DNA of 63,127 bases, counting the filler, from Squatina squatina (taxonomy: Eukaryota), in assembly GCA_031763465.1 (NCBI GenBank). It is 3 parts of 3 records of this genome, joined end to end, with 100 filler letters (N's around TTAATTAATTAA, not from the genome) between each part and the next. Parts side by side here need not be neighbours in the genome. Positions count along the whole stretch, not along the records: positions 1 to 28,896 come from JARFOE010000222.1; positions 28,997 to 50,653 come from JARFOE010000001.1; 1 more part is not named here. One strand, written 5' to 3'. The position numbers and the translations under genes are program-made. The notes under the pieces are model-generated. The model saw nothing but the letters and a program-made list of their open reading frames with translations. It searched no databases and was not told the DNA's origin. Numbering within the stretch: position 1 is the stretch's first letter; each line of letters begins with the position of its first letter. This document shows positions 24,641-36,563 of the stretch, in pieces.

Positions 24641-24817
24641 AGGGCGCCCAATTGGCCTTTTTATAGTCTGTGGCTATATCGGGCCAATAGGTGTAAAGTT
24701 AGCACCCGTCTTGGACAATTATCTTAAGACACAGAATTGGCCTCTTAGAAAATTTCTTGTCATCACAAAACAAAATCTATGTTCTGAACCAGCGTTAATG
24801 GGATGATTGACTCTTAG
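24641..24817 (+). mobile_element. Harbinger-type terminal sequence, copy 2
   Basis: TAA|GGGCGCCCAATTGG terminus; a TAA/TTA target site is typical of PIF/Harbinger. Homologous to 21935-22110. Confidence 0.75.
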
Positions 24818-27042
24818 NNNNNNNNNNNNNNNNNNNNNNNNNNNNNNNNNNNNNNNNNNNNNNNNNNNNNNNNNNNNNNNNNNNNNNNNNNNNNNNNNNN
24901 NNNNNNNNNNNNNNNNNGGTGATCCGTTCCATCAGATTACCACCTAGGTGGGTCAAGTTGAACACTTGCTCCCTCTAGTCTAACGTCACCTCCTGCATGC
25001 TCTCCATACGCTTTAATATTTCTCATAAGAACAGGAGTAGGCCATTCAGCCTCTCAAGCCTGCTCCGCCATTCAATTAGATTGTTGCTGATTAGAAATTA
25101 TAACTTATTATATAGATTATGATGCTTGGACACTTTACAGTGAAAGGTCATTTCTTAATTCAGCAGTTTTTTTTATAAAGGGATAAATCTAATAGTGGTG
25201 GATTTCTTTTAATGCAGAAATTCCATTGTGATCCTCACAGAGTTAACTTCCCTTACAATAGATTTCCATTAAGTTTTCTTGATGAGGTGGCAGTCTCCCA
25301 GGAAATTTTCATAGCTTTTGAGAGTTTTCATCTCACATTTTCGCTCTGGTTTACTCAGTTCATTGTCTTTGGTATTTTAACATGCCTCAATCACTTAGGT
25401 GTGTGCCTGTCATTCATTTCAGTATGCTTCACCCAGTTCAATGTGAATCTTGTTCCCATTGCTTTATGCCTTACTCAGTTCAGCATGCGTTACATCTAGT
25501 TCTGCGTGCTTAACCCTGTTAACTTTGAGTTACATCAATTTCCTTCTGGCTCAGGTCAGTGTGATTTACTTCTNNNNNNNNNNNNNNNNNNNNNNNNNNN
25601 NNNNNNNNNNNNNNNNNNNNNNNNNNNNNNNNNNNNNNNNNNNNNNNNNNNNNNNNNNNNNNNNNNNNNNNNNAAACCCTTCTCACAAGCATCTAATGCA
25701 GCACTACCTCAACTTCAAAGAGGACAGCTGCTAGGCTACAATGTTACTTGTCTGCAAACTCATGCACCAAGGAATCTCTTTCCCTTCATCGTAGCCTGAC
25801 CCTTCTAAATCCAATGTCCTCTTAGCTTTGGCAAAAGTTGCTGATAGGCTGGGATGTGTTTTACAAGTTCCTAAGCTTTCTAAGTTTTTGTACCCTTCCT
25901 TGTGACATCTCCCTTCAATTGTCCTCTCTGGACCCATCCAAGCTTTGGTGTCAGCTCTAGACCCATCCAAGTTTGTGGCAGGAGTTGTGAATAATTTTGC
26001 AAATATGGCTAGTCCACAAAATTGAATACTATCAGCACTTGAGATTTAGGTGGGTAAAGAAGTTCAAACCAAATTAGAACTGATTTACACTTGAAAACAA
26101 AAATCAACGCATAGCGATCAAAGGAAATCTTCTGCTGTGTCCTTTATGCTAAAATAAATTCTTTGATTTGATTAATTTGAATTACATATTTAACATGATA
26201 AAACAAATCCAGTTGTCAATGCAATAGCTTATCCTTTATATTTTAATTAGCTTCATACAATCAGTGATCAAAGTATATAGCAATTCAGTTTGAAATATCA
26301 ATAATATATGTATCTATTGTGTAGCTTGTCAAATAGCAATGTGCTACATTTAACACAGAATTATATAATTTGCAGCATTTTGAACTAAATGTTGTGAATA
26401 AGATTTGAGAGCAGCTGATTATGCCCACTACTTGTTAGTTTGCATTTTGGATTTCTGCTACTAACATTTTCTGATAATCCCAGTTCTATTTTGGACCTTT
26501 ACTCTGAGCTTACACAGCAACCTATTAATCAACACACCAAATGAAAGTACCTTTTTCCCTAATAGACAAGTTATGACTAGTGCTGGTTGATGATTAAATA
26601 CCTAAGCCGACAGTGCAGAGAGCACATTGTGCTGCGCAGCTGTTGGTTCTGTCAAGGATTCATCAGGCTGCTAAATATAACCGTTGATGGGAAAACAACA
26701 TTTTCTAAGCAGTTTAACCTGCTAGACCATGATTTAAACTTCAAATTTATATAAATGATCATTTTATCTGTGTTTTGTTGTGGACTATATTTGCTACAGA
26801 ATACTATGGTTTCCTCATGGCTGTTCACTTTGTATTTAAATTGGGGTCATTTTAATGACTCGAATAACCAAACCTTATTCAATCTAGAGTACTGTGTGAC
26901 ATGGCATTCAGTCAGTGAAAAACTTAAGATTTTGTCCGAATGCTATTTTTCAGTGCCATTTTTTTTTGTGCGTCTCTTTAGTTCTCTGAATCAGAATGCA
27001 ACACTCAATTCAATATATTCCTTCCAAAAATATGATAATTGG

Positions 27043-27658
27043 CCATAATTTGCTGTCAAAATAATGGTGAGGCTAATGGTGTTCTACGCTATTTATGCTC
27101 AAATACTACAGCAACTTCAGGGGAGGGCAGCTACGTGGTTAATCACGGAAATCTAAAAGTTGCAGTCCGGGATGCACCACTCCACCATTAGTTTCGCAAA
27201 AACAAACTCAATTCACGACAGAAAGGTAAGTCTTGCCCATTTCAGTCTAAGCACCTTTAGAACAAAGTGTAATTGTTAATTTCTGCCAGTCAACTTCTCT
27301 GGCATAGAAAATTTACTTTTACATTGAGGAGTCTCATCCCTTCATGTTTTAATTGCTGTTGGAGATTTTTAAAATGTCAAATTATTTTTTTTGTTACTTT
27401 TCCACTCTGTCTTTTCTCTCTGTCAATCAATTCTTTACTTCTCTTTCTGTACCTGATCTGCCATTGAATTCACCCACTCTAATATATACTTTCTTCTCAG
27501 TCCTTCTGTTGTTAATTTCACTATCCTTCAATCTGATTGGTTAAGGAGATACACAGCTGCTTCCCCTGTTCACTCAGGTCCTAGATATCTGATTTCCCTT
27601 GTTGCGACATTATCAGCTTGCCCTTTCAGCAACTTCCTGCGAGAGCAAAATTTGGCCC
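27043..27658. mobile_element. MITE with imperfect TIRs
   Basis: ggccataatttgct … agcaaaatttggcc inverted termini; similar to the elements at ~15840-16260 and ~29290-29490. Confidence 0.55.
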
Positions 27659-28579
27659 GATATCCTTCAGCTCCGAGTGGGGCCAGTTGGCAAAGGATCG
27701 CAGGAGGAGCAGGAAGAACTGAACACTGTGCTCGGCAGATCTAAGCTCCGCCAGTGAAACATGGAGAATTCAGTTTAAACTGCAACTAGTTCATAAGAAA
27801 CATCACTTTTGACACCGCACATCATATCAGAAGCAACACAATATCCAGTTCAAATGCGACTTGAGACAAATGCAACCAGAAAGATAAGCAATGTTTATTT
27901 TGTTGTTTAGTAATGTATAACCAAATGAAAGAGAGAGGCCACTTATTCATCGCCAGCTGTGTGTATACAGAACATTAATGATTCAGCTGTTGCATATGCC
28001 TGCACTTGAGATGTGAGGGGCACTAAATAACTATTGTGTCAATTTATTTTTTGGTATCTGTTGTGAGTGGAAACCGATCACCATTCTCATGAGTCTATAA
28101 ACCACTTTACTGTGAAATCTATACAAGTAGTTTCTGTTTGCTGATATGGGNNNNNNNNNNNNNNNNNNNNNNNNNNNNNNNNNNNNNNNNNNNNNNNNNN
28201 NNNNNNNNNNNNNNNNNNNNNNNNNNNNNNNNNNNNNNNNNNNNNNNNNNATTGCATTTATTATTCTGCTATGGGCCATTAACTGCAGCATGTATCTCAT
28301 TATAACATGCAACATACTTTGTTCCTGATAATGAGGGTGGAGGCATGAGTGACCCTTCAATGAACTTCTTCAGTAATCACTAGGATAATGGTTAATGTTT
28401 TATAATAGAAAAAATGAAATGGAAATAAAAAGTAATAGGACTAAATTAAATAGTCAAATGCACTGGGGCATTTTATGTTCTATGTTGTATTTCAACACTG
28501 ATTATAATGTATGCCTTTGCTTGATGTGTGCGTACACTATAATGCTGTCAAGTGTAAAGGTTGGTATGCTATACACTGT

Positions 28580-28896
28580 GGGCGCCCAATTAGACTGCCC
28601 TGAGTTTCTGGCGCTAAGGGACAAATTGGGGAGTGAAAGTTCAGGTCCTTGAAATTTCACTTTAAGGCCTGCAATTCCACACTTTGAAAAAAAGTTTCAG
28701 ACAGCTTTAAAACTGTCCTAATTTAGCGCTAAAGGGCACTTACTTAGCGCTGATTATCTTAGTTTATTTCAAGAGTTGAATTGTGGGACTGATCTAAGGA
28801 GCTGCTATCAAGTGTCAGGTCACCTCAACCCTTAAAGGGATTTGTTTGAGAGAAACAAGCAATGCTTAGGTCAGTCAAATCATCGATCGTTGGTGG
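28580..28896 (+). mobile_element. Harbinger-like element end
   Basis: Terminus gggcgcccaattag with ttagcgct subterminal motifs. Confidence 0.5.
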
Positions 28897-28940
28897 NNNN
28901 NNNNNNNNNNNNNNNNNNNNNNNNNNNNNNNNNNNNNNNN

Positions 28941-28952
28941 TTAATTAATTAA
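28941..28952. other. Artificial scaffold linker TTAATTAATTAA
   Basis: Centred in a 44N+12+44N = 100-bp gap; stops in all six frames; identical construct at 50698-50709. Confidence 0.95.
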
Positions 28953-28996
28953 NNNNNNNNNNNNNNNNNNNNNNNNNNNNNNNNNNNNNNNNNNNN

Positions 28997-29140
28997 CATA
29001 CGACAGTCCTGCCATCCCAGGTATCAGCCTGGTGAATCTCTTCTGCACTCCCTCGATGGCAAGTATACCCTTTCTTAAGTAGGGAGACCAAAATTGCACG
29101 CACTACTCCAGGTGTGGTCTCACCAAGGCCCTATATAATT
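28997..29140 (-). mobile_element. CR1 ORF2 fragment
   Basis: gaccaaaattgcacgcactactccaggtgtggtctcaccaaggccctata is the reverse complement of the LYRALVRPHLE(Y)CVQFWSP motif. Confidence 0.85.
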
Positions 29141-30936
29141 TCCAGGGCTAGAACATTTGTTTAGTAGTAAATATGCTGTTAAAAACTCAGTTACACCTAT
29201 TCCAACAAGGCTTAACATTTAATGGGATATTTTATGGAAAAGCCAAAATTTTCATCAGTTTCACTGATTTCCTTGATTGCACTGGTTGCCAGCTATGGGG
29301 GTGGGAGGGGAATTGGGGAGGGCGTCCACAGCATAGCCAGTGTTGGAGCAGTGAATGACTGACTGCAACTTTGGGATTTCCATGTTTAGATGCGCATGTG
29401 CTAAATCCTGAAGTTGTGGTCAGTTTCAGAGGGGTAATGATAGCAAATGCTGACAGTTTGCCATCATTACCCACCGCAAATTCTGGGCCATTAAATGCTC
29501 TTCTTGGGGTTACAATAATATATTTAAAGTTGTGATTTTTGTCTTGATCCTTGGAGAATCTCTTTCACATTTAGTATCCTTTGCATCCCAGCCACAGTAG
29601 CACTGGTCAATAACCTGTATTTGTATTAATATATATTTTTGATCTCTGACTTTGAACTAGTAACTTAAAGAAATGTGTATTGGTTTGCTTTTGCAGGTCC
29701 ACCATTCTCTACTCCCAAACTTGCAATTCAGGATCTATACGGTGGGTTTGTTTAAACATTTTTAAAGGATTTTTCCTAAATGGAAAGATATTTAAATTAA
29801 TGGCATTCACAATACAGTATCTTAACAGCAATGACCTGAAAATATGGGAATCCGCTCTGCAGGTCATTCTTGGTAGTACTTAAAAAATACTTTATCTGGC
29901 ACAGTTTTTTTTAAATCTCTCCAGCAATAGCCCCATAACAGACCTTTAAGGCCTAATACTGCCCCTTAAAGTCCTGCGCATCTACAGACAACACCAAGGG
30001 GCCCAGTTTCACCAATGCAGGGACGAATCAGAAATTCGGGCATTATCACTTGATTCCGGGTGAAATGCACTTCACCATTTTTGCCCAGCTGCAGTNNNNN
30101 NNNNNNNNNNNNNNNNNNNNNNNNNNNNNNNNNNNNNNNNNNNNNNNNNNNNNNNNNNNNNNNNNNNNNNNNNNNNNNNNNNNNNNNNNNNNNNNATAAA
30201 ACATCCTTGGGTATTTAGTGATGTTTATTACTATTTGAGCTGGGTTAGCTTTGAGGCAGATATGCGATGTGACACCCTGCAACATTAGAATAATTGGTAG
30301 CAAAGTGTTTTGTTTTCATTGTAAAACTGGTAGCTTGAGGTGAGGTAACATTATAGTTATTTTTTTTACCTTTACAGTTGAAAGATTATTCCTGTTATGG
30401 TACTTCATTATACCTATGAATTCACTTCATTCACAGTTTATTTAATTTGGATTAAGTGTCACATGCAGTGAATGGAATTTTTATTCCAAAGCTGTAGCTG
30501 ATGATTGAGAAGAAGCATTATGGTGACTATAAATTTCATCTGTGTTAAAATCTGACTCTGTTTATCTTTCAGCAGTGCTGATTTTCTTCTTCCGTAGGGA
30601 GCTGAACTTTGGGGGAAGGATATTGCCTCCATATTATTCCATGAACATGATGGATAAATGTGATAAAACAATAAAAGATAACCTCTTGGACTCCAGTGAC
30701 GAAGGATTATCTACTTGACTTCCAGGGCAACCTCTCCCACCAGCTCCCCCACCTTCTTCGCCCCCATGTTTGAGGGCATGCCTGGATTCACTCAGAATCG
30801 ATTTCCTTTAAGCAAGTAAATAAGACAATTTGTGAANNNNNNNNNNNNNNNNNNNNNNNNNNNNNNNNNNNNNNNNNNNNNNNNNNNNNNNNNNNNNNNN
30901 NNNNNNNNNNNNNNNNNNNNNNNNNNNNNNNNNNNN

Positions 30937-31428
30937 CAACGTAAGCTCGAGGAACAGCATCTCATCTTTCGATTAGGCACTTTACCGCCTTCCTGGCTCA
31001 ACATCGAGTTCAACAATTTCAGACCATAACCTCTGCCCCGTATTTTTTTATTCATTTAGTTATTTTTGGCCCTTGTTTCCCTCTAACGGCTGTTGCATTC
31101 CCCATTCACACCCCATCTACACACCTCTTCTGTTCTGAACTTGTCCATTTCCATTTCTTTTTGTCTTGCACCATCTTTTCTGTCTCCCACCCTATCACAG
31201 ACCTTCCCTTTTGTTCTTTCTCCCCTCCCCTCTTCCCCCGCCCCTGCAGGTGCTTAAAAACCTGCTACAGTTCTAACTTTTTCCAGTTCTGACGAAGGGT
31301 CCTCGACCTGAAATGTTAACTCTGTTTCCCTCTCCACAGATGCTGACTGACCTGCTGAGTTTTTCCAGCATTCTCTGTTTATATTTCAGATTCCCGCATC
31401 CGCAGTCTTTTGCTTTTGTATTAGAGCC
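30937..31428 (+). mobile_element. Penelope-like retroelement 3' end: GIY-YIG endonuclease C-terminus plus pseudo-LTR
   Basis: QRKLEEQHLIFRLGTLPPSWLNIEFNNFR matches the R-x-x-x-E…L-G-T-L-x-P-x-G-L-N GIY-YIG end of Penelope elements; followed by a pyrimidine tract and a pLTR with a hammerhead core. Confidence 0.88.
31285..31321 (+). ncRNA. Minimal type I hammerhead ribozyme motif (Penelope-associated)
   Basis: Stem I AGTT/AACT; CTGACGA at 31289-31295; stem II (A)GGGTC-ctc-GACCT; GAAA at 31310-31313; very short stem III (TGTT). Confidence 0.7.
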
Positions 31429-31438
31429 NNNNNNNNNN

Positions 31439-31795
31439 CATAATCTAGGCTGACACTCCCGGCGCCAGTACTGAGGGAGCTCTGCACTGTGGGAGGTGCC
31501 GTCTTTCGGATGAGACGTTAAACCTCTCAGGTGGATGTAAAACATCCCATGGCGCTATTCCTAAAATGAGCAGGGACTTCTCCCCAGTGTCCTGGCCAAT
31601 ATTTATCCCTCAACCAACATCACTAAAACAGATTATCTGGTCATTATCTCATTGCTGTTTGTGGGACCTTGGCTGCCATGTGTCCTACATTACATCAGTG
31701 ACTACATTTCAAAAGTACTTCATTGGCTGTGAAGTGCTTTGGGCTTTCCTGCGGTCGCAAAAGGCGCTGTATAAATGTAAGCCTTTCTTTTTTTT
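31439..31795 (+). mobile_element. Deu-domain SINE (SacSINE1/AmnSINE1-like)
   Basis: ggaggtgccgtctttcggatgagacgttaaac…gtcctggccaatatttatccctcaaccaacatcactaaaacagattatctggtcattatc…aagtacttcattggctgtgaag, with tail ggcgctgtataaatg. Confidence 0.85.
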
Positions 31796-32571
31796 TTCTT
31801 TTTCTATTTATGATGAGAATAGTTAGTTCATCCTATTAAGGGGTCAGAATAGGGATATTCCCAGTCTGTATGGTTCAGTGCCGCACCATTGAGCATTGGA
31901 AGAACCAACCTTAAATGACGAATTTTAGTCACTTAACATTTGGAAATCAGTTCAGCTTTTGTCCCTAACCTCTCACTAAAATGTCTTGACAGAATGAAGG
32001 TGAATACTGGCACGGTACCAGGGTTGTGCAAGAAGCCTATTTCTTTTCAGCAGGGGTACATACTCCATGAGATTTTAAAAAGAGAGAAGTAATAAATCTT
32101 CACAATATTTTTCAGAAAGAAAATTCCAAAATGTTTCTATTGCCTCCATACCTAAAGTCTGATTCTGTAAATTTAAATTTTGTGGTCTCCTATGGTGGCT
32201 CAGCAGGACAAATTTGGCCACGTACACGAGGAAGTGAAGTCATTTACTTGATTCCCCTTCTCCCTAGGACCTCATTACAAACCTAGAATGTTAGACATTT
32301 AACCCTCTCTGTCTGGCCCCATACTTTTCTCAGAAGATGGATTGGACTGCTAGAAATGAGCCAGTTGGTCATTTTACATTCGTTTTGCTTTCTCCAGTTT
32401 TTTCCTTCCCCATTGAAATCGAAGTAAATGCAATGGCACATTAAAAACATTGCTGAAAATCCAACTGGGGANNNNNNNNNNNNNNNNNNNNNNNNNNNNN
32501 NNNNNNNNNNNNNNNNNNNNNNNNNNNNNNNNNNNNNNNNNNNNNNNNNNNNNNNNNNNNNNNNNNNNNNN

Positions 32572-33955
32572 ATGAGCATCTTCTGCATCCTCTAACCAAT
32601 GCTCTCATTTTTGAGACTATACTGTTTCCCCTAGCATATCAATTTACCTTCCTTAATTTTCAAATTCTGCTGAACATATGATGCTACCCTTCCTCCTCTC
32701 ATGTCCTTTTTTATCCCTCTGGAACTTCCAATACCCCTGCATATTGAATTAATTGCCCCCTTCTCGACTAAGCCGTGTTTCTGTAACAGCATCATTTTTC
32801 TAGCTCAAACATCTTCTCCTGAAAGCTTTCAGCATTCAGATATAGGTATTTAGTTACAGTTTTTACTATTTTTCTAAGACTGTTTAGGGATTGTTTTCTT
32901 ACCTGTCTGGGCCCTAGGCTGTGGAATTCCCTTGCTAAACCTCTCTGTCTCTCTCTACCTCTCCTCTTTTAAAACGCTCCTTTAAACCTACCCCTTTGAC
33001 CAAGCTTTTGGTCACCTGTCCAAACATCTCCTTATATGGCTACTGTCAAACTTTGTTTGATAATGTTACTGTGAAGTACCTTGGAACGATGTATGTTAAA
33101 GGCATTATAAAAATGCAATTTGTTGTTGTTGTTGGATTTATTTCCTGCTTTATGTTCTTTTCACCCTTCTCTTGACCAGAGTGCTTATCTATGTTTAAAA
33201 CCTTAGCCTTCATCCTACATATGAAGTTTAAACAAGCCTCAATTCCTACCTCTGATTCTGCCTGTTTGACAAGCAGCCCATCTATGCCATTCAGTCTGGT
33301 TTACCCCAGAAACGGTCACAGTTATTTATAAATCTAAATGTGTTTAATTTGCACCAATTGGCTATCCACTCTTTTACCCCTTAATTCTATTTGTGAACTC
33401 CTTGTATCTACCAAACACTGGCAAAAACACAGAGCACAGAGCTTTACAGCCTCTCTGTTTCAATTTCCAGTCAGCATGCTTGTACCTCTTTTCAGCAATC
33501 TGACAATGTCTTCCTTATGTTGCTAATTCCTTCATGAACCACCTGCTCTAACTAGCTATCCACTAACACATCCACCCTGGCCTCCATATCCACAACCTGT
33601 TTTTTAACCAGAAAAAGAACTCCCTATTAATCATACCATTGAATTTCCTATACTACAGCTTTTTAAAGTATCTTAGCCATTTTCTTTGCTCCATTAAACT
33701 GCTTTGATTTCCCCTCAATTTCCTCTTCCTGAGTAACACTCTCAGTGTTGTTCAATCCCTGAACCATATTTCAAGGATTATTTCCTGTTTTACTCCACTG
33801 TCCCTCCCGCCTTTCTTACAGCCTCTCCTAACTGTAGCCCAAACGCTGCTGCCCCTGTCAGTCTCTTCCGTCACTGCCATTTTCTCAACATGCTCTTTAT
33901 GTATTTCCTCTCGCCATGGATTGTTGGGACGCCAATCAAAAACCAAGGCCCACCT
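32572..33955 (-). mobile_element. Old CR1 5' half (5'UTR, esterase-like ORF1, ORF2 endonuclease start), interrupted by an L2 tail
   Basis: Minus strand: RFINNCDRFWGKPD (~CR1 ORF1 esterase motif), then YLYLNAES…AVTETRL…FNMQGYWKFQRD…RGGRVASYV (APE endonuclease start). Confidence 0.65.
32910..33133 (+). mobile_element. L2 LINE 3' tail
   Basis: tggaattcccttgctaaacc…ttgaccaagcttttggtcacctgtcc…aatgcaatttgttgttgttg. Confidence 0.8.
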
Positions 33956-33961
33956 TTCTTG

Positions 33962-34150
33962 AAGTCAGCTTTCAGTCCCAGTTATTTCCCCAGCACTATT
34001 TTTTTTATTAATAATGATTTCCCTCAGTTCCTCCCTCTCACTACTCTCTTGGTTCCCTAAAATTTCTGGGAGATTATTTGTGTCCTCTTTTGTGAAGACA
34101 GAACCAAAGTATGTGTTTAATTGCTCTGCCATTTCCTTGTTCCCCATTAT
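33962..34150 (-). mobile_element. CR1 ORF2 fragment
   Basis: MGNKEMAEQLNTYFGSVFTKED is a CR1 pre-RT motif. Confidence 0.85.
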
Positions 34151-35332
34151 NNNNNNNNNNNNNNNNNNNNNNNNNNNNNNNNNNNNNNNNNNNNNNNNNN
34201 NNNNNNNNNNNNNNNNNNNNNNNNNNNNNNNNNNNNNNNNNNNNNNNNNNAATCAGTGCAAACCGGGGACCAAAACTGGCACCTTGCTGACCTGTTATGG
34301 CTCAATTACAAACTGTACAGTGACTGTACCAGCTGGGCCATCAGGAGAGCCTTGTGGGGTTTTTTCATTACTCAAAATTTGCTTGCTGGCACAGAAATAC
34401 TGCTCTGCGTTAAACTTGTTAATCGCAAACTCTTCCAATAAAATGCACAAATGCCTTGTTAAAAACAACAAAAAAATCATCCACCTATCAGACTGAAACA
34501 CTTGGGGTACCCCACTTGTGCCCCAGACAATGATCTTAAAACCTCTGCTGTGCCTGCACAAGTTGGACTAGTTGACAGTGGGTGGAGATACCATAATCTT
34601 TTATTATGTTTACATCAATCTGATAAAGTTTAGAAAGATTAACCTGACATCATAGTGTCCCTTTTGTGAAGCCAGTGATTTGTCCTCATCATAAATCTGA
34701 CACTTTTCAATTTGGTTCCAGTAGAACAAAATACGAATTCCTCTGTAGCAAGCTGAACCTGATTCCAATTATTCTCCAGCCACGTAACCCTATATAGCCC
34801 CTTAATAAAATATACTGGAAAGAATGGCTGTTCAAATGAAGGTTTAATGAAGAAAAACATAAATAAAATGAAATGAAAAGTATCTGAAATTCTATATCTG
34901 GCTGGAAACTGGCAGAATTATAGTGCTGGTAATTCCGGTAGACTGAAATTAACTCGCCGAGCGCTAACAGACACTTTATTCACCAACAAAGAATAGACGT
35001 TCTGTGGACTGAAAGGTTTGGAAACCATTTGTCAAACCTCAATCTACATTCAAATTCAAACATTGGTGGTAACACTAAGNNNNNNNNNNNNNNNNNNNNN
35101 NNNNNNNNNNNNNNNNNNNNNNNNNNNNNNNNNNNNNNNNNNNNNNNNNNNNNNNNNNNNNNNNNNNNNNNNNNNNNNNNNNNNNNNNNNNNNNNNNNGT
35201 TAAAAATTAAGTTTAATATTTTTGTCCAAGATCACGGGAGATTAACTCGTGTATATATTTTTCTGTATTTATGTCTGTGCGTATTCTTCAGAGATCTAAA
35301 GTTGAATTTTGCAGAAACCTGCTCAGCTACTA

Positions 35333-35690
35333 GGTGGACTGGGCAGCTCACAGAGGTAAGAATGCTGTCATTTAATCCACATAGCCCCAACTTCAGATCC
35401 AGTCCAGATTGATGGGATGAAACCCTCCTGTCTCTTACAGATGTTTAGTCTGAAATAAAATGAGCTTGGGCAGACTCAATCTGGGTCCCAGAGGATGCCA
35501 ATCTACAGCAAGGAACCACTCATAATTTAGGACTAATTTATACTAATTCAACAATCCTGCTCGCAGAGGTCAAGAGGGTAGAATGATGTGGGAAATTCAA
35601 AAGCTCTTCTATTGCAGTCAGGTGAAGTTTAAGAACATTGTAAGGAAATGTAAGAGGTGCTCTGCAATGTGTCTAACCCTCCCTCATAAT
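35333..35690 (+). mobile_element. Diverged LF-SINE-like element
   Basis: Collinear similarity to the remembered LF-SINE consensus: ggactgggcagctca (A-box region), ttcagatccagtccag (B-box region), aaatgagcttgggcagactcaat, aaccactcataatttaggactaatt, gcagaggtcaag…gaatg, aacattgtaaggaaatgt. Confidence 0.6.
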
Positions 35691-36449
35691 TGACTTGTAA
35701 ACACATTTGGACCTGTGAAGCAATTCTCTGTACCCGAACTGACACAATAGTACAGTCTTATTTTTAAAGTCATGCTGGCTAAAAAAACAGTATTAAAGTA
35801 TAAAAATAAGTTAACTACAAATTACGGACATGTGAAACAAGCCTTTTTGGTAAACTAAATAAAAATATCTATTATTTTGATACTTTGAAAAGAGTTGAAG
35901 TCATTTTTGACTCATAGTCACTTATTATGTGGGTATGTTTCCTATAGTATCTGCTTTTTCACAACACAATTCTAGACAACAATAATGAGTCATTAGCTTC
36001 CCAACATGCTCTAATTTCTAGGTCAGAGTTACAATTTACATGTTACAGCCACAAATTACAATAGTGCTGACATGGGCACTTCCTGACCCTGAAGGAATAA
36101 AGTAGACAGACTTTTTTTTAAATTTAATTTATAAAGCAAATCCCTCTAGCTTTTTCCTTGGAATATTGAAGCATGACTGAAATGACAGTGCACAGATTTC
36201 TGTACAAGGTCATTTCAGCAAAAGCTAAGGAGCAGATTGAAATGTTCAAAAAGCAAACCCTGCTACAGATAAACCGTTGACCCATACCCAAAAATCATTC
36301 TCATTGGCTGCAATGTAATTTACTATGGACTAAATCCATTCAGTAGGATCACATCTTACTTAATGAAAGAATAAACCATTAGTGTCGCCTTCAAAACTTA
36401 AATGGATACAAAAGTTTTCGCCAATGGCTTAATTAGTAAATTCATTTAT

Positions 36450-36563
36450 AGAACTGGCAATAGGAAGGTCTCAGGGTTGGCGCCTCATCTGTGCTGAGTC
36501 AATAGGGGTGCTACAATTGGGCTCAGCACCACGAGGTAAGGAAGGAGGAAAATCAGCTAGGGT
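36450..36563 (+). mobile_element. Old tRNA-derived SINE fragment, family unassigned
   Basis: ggaaggtctcagggtt…tctgtgctgagt…gctacaattgggctcagcacc…ggaaaatcagctagggt; related pieces at ~18690-18750 (+) and ~51065-51200 (-). Confidence 0.45.

Noticed and set aside
28897-28996. TTAATTAATTAA palindrome islands inside gaps (also 50654-50753)
   Set aside because: The identical 44N-12-44N construct with six-frame stops is a scaffolding linker, not biology.
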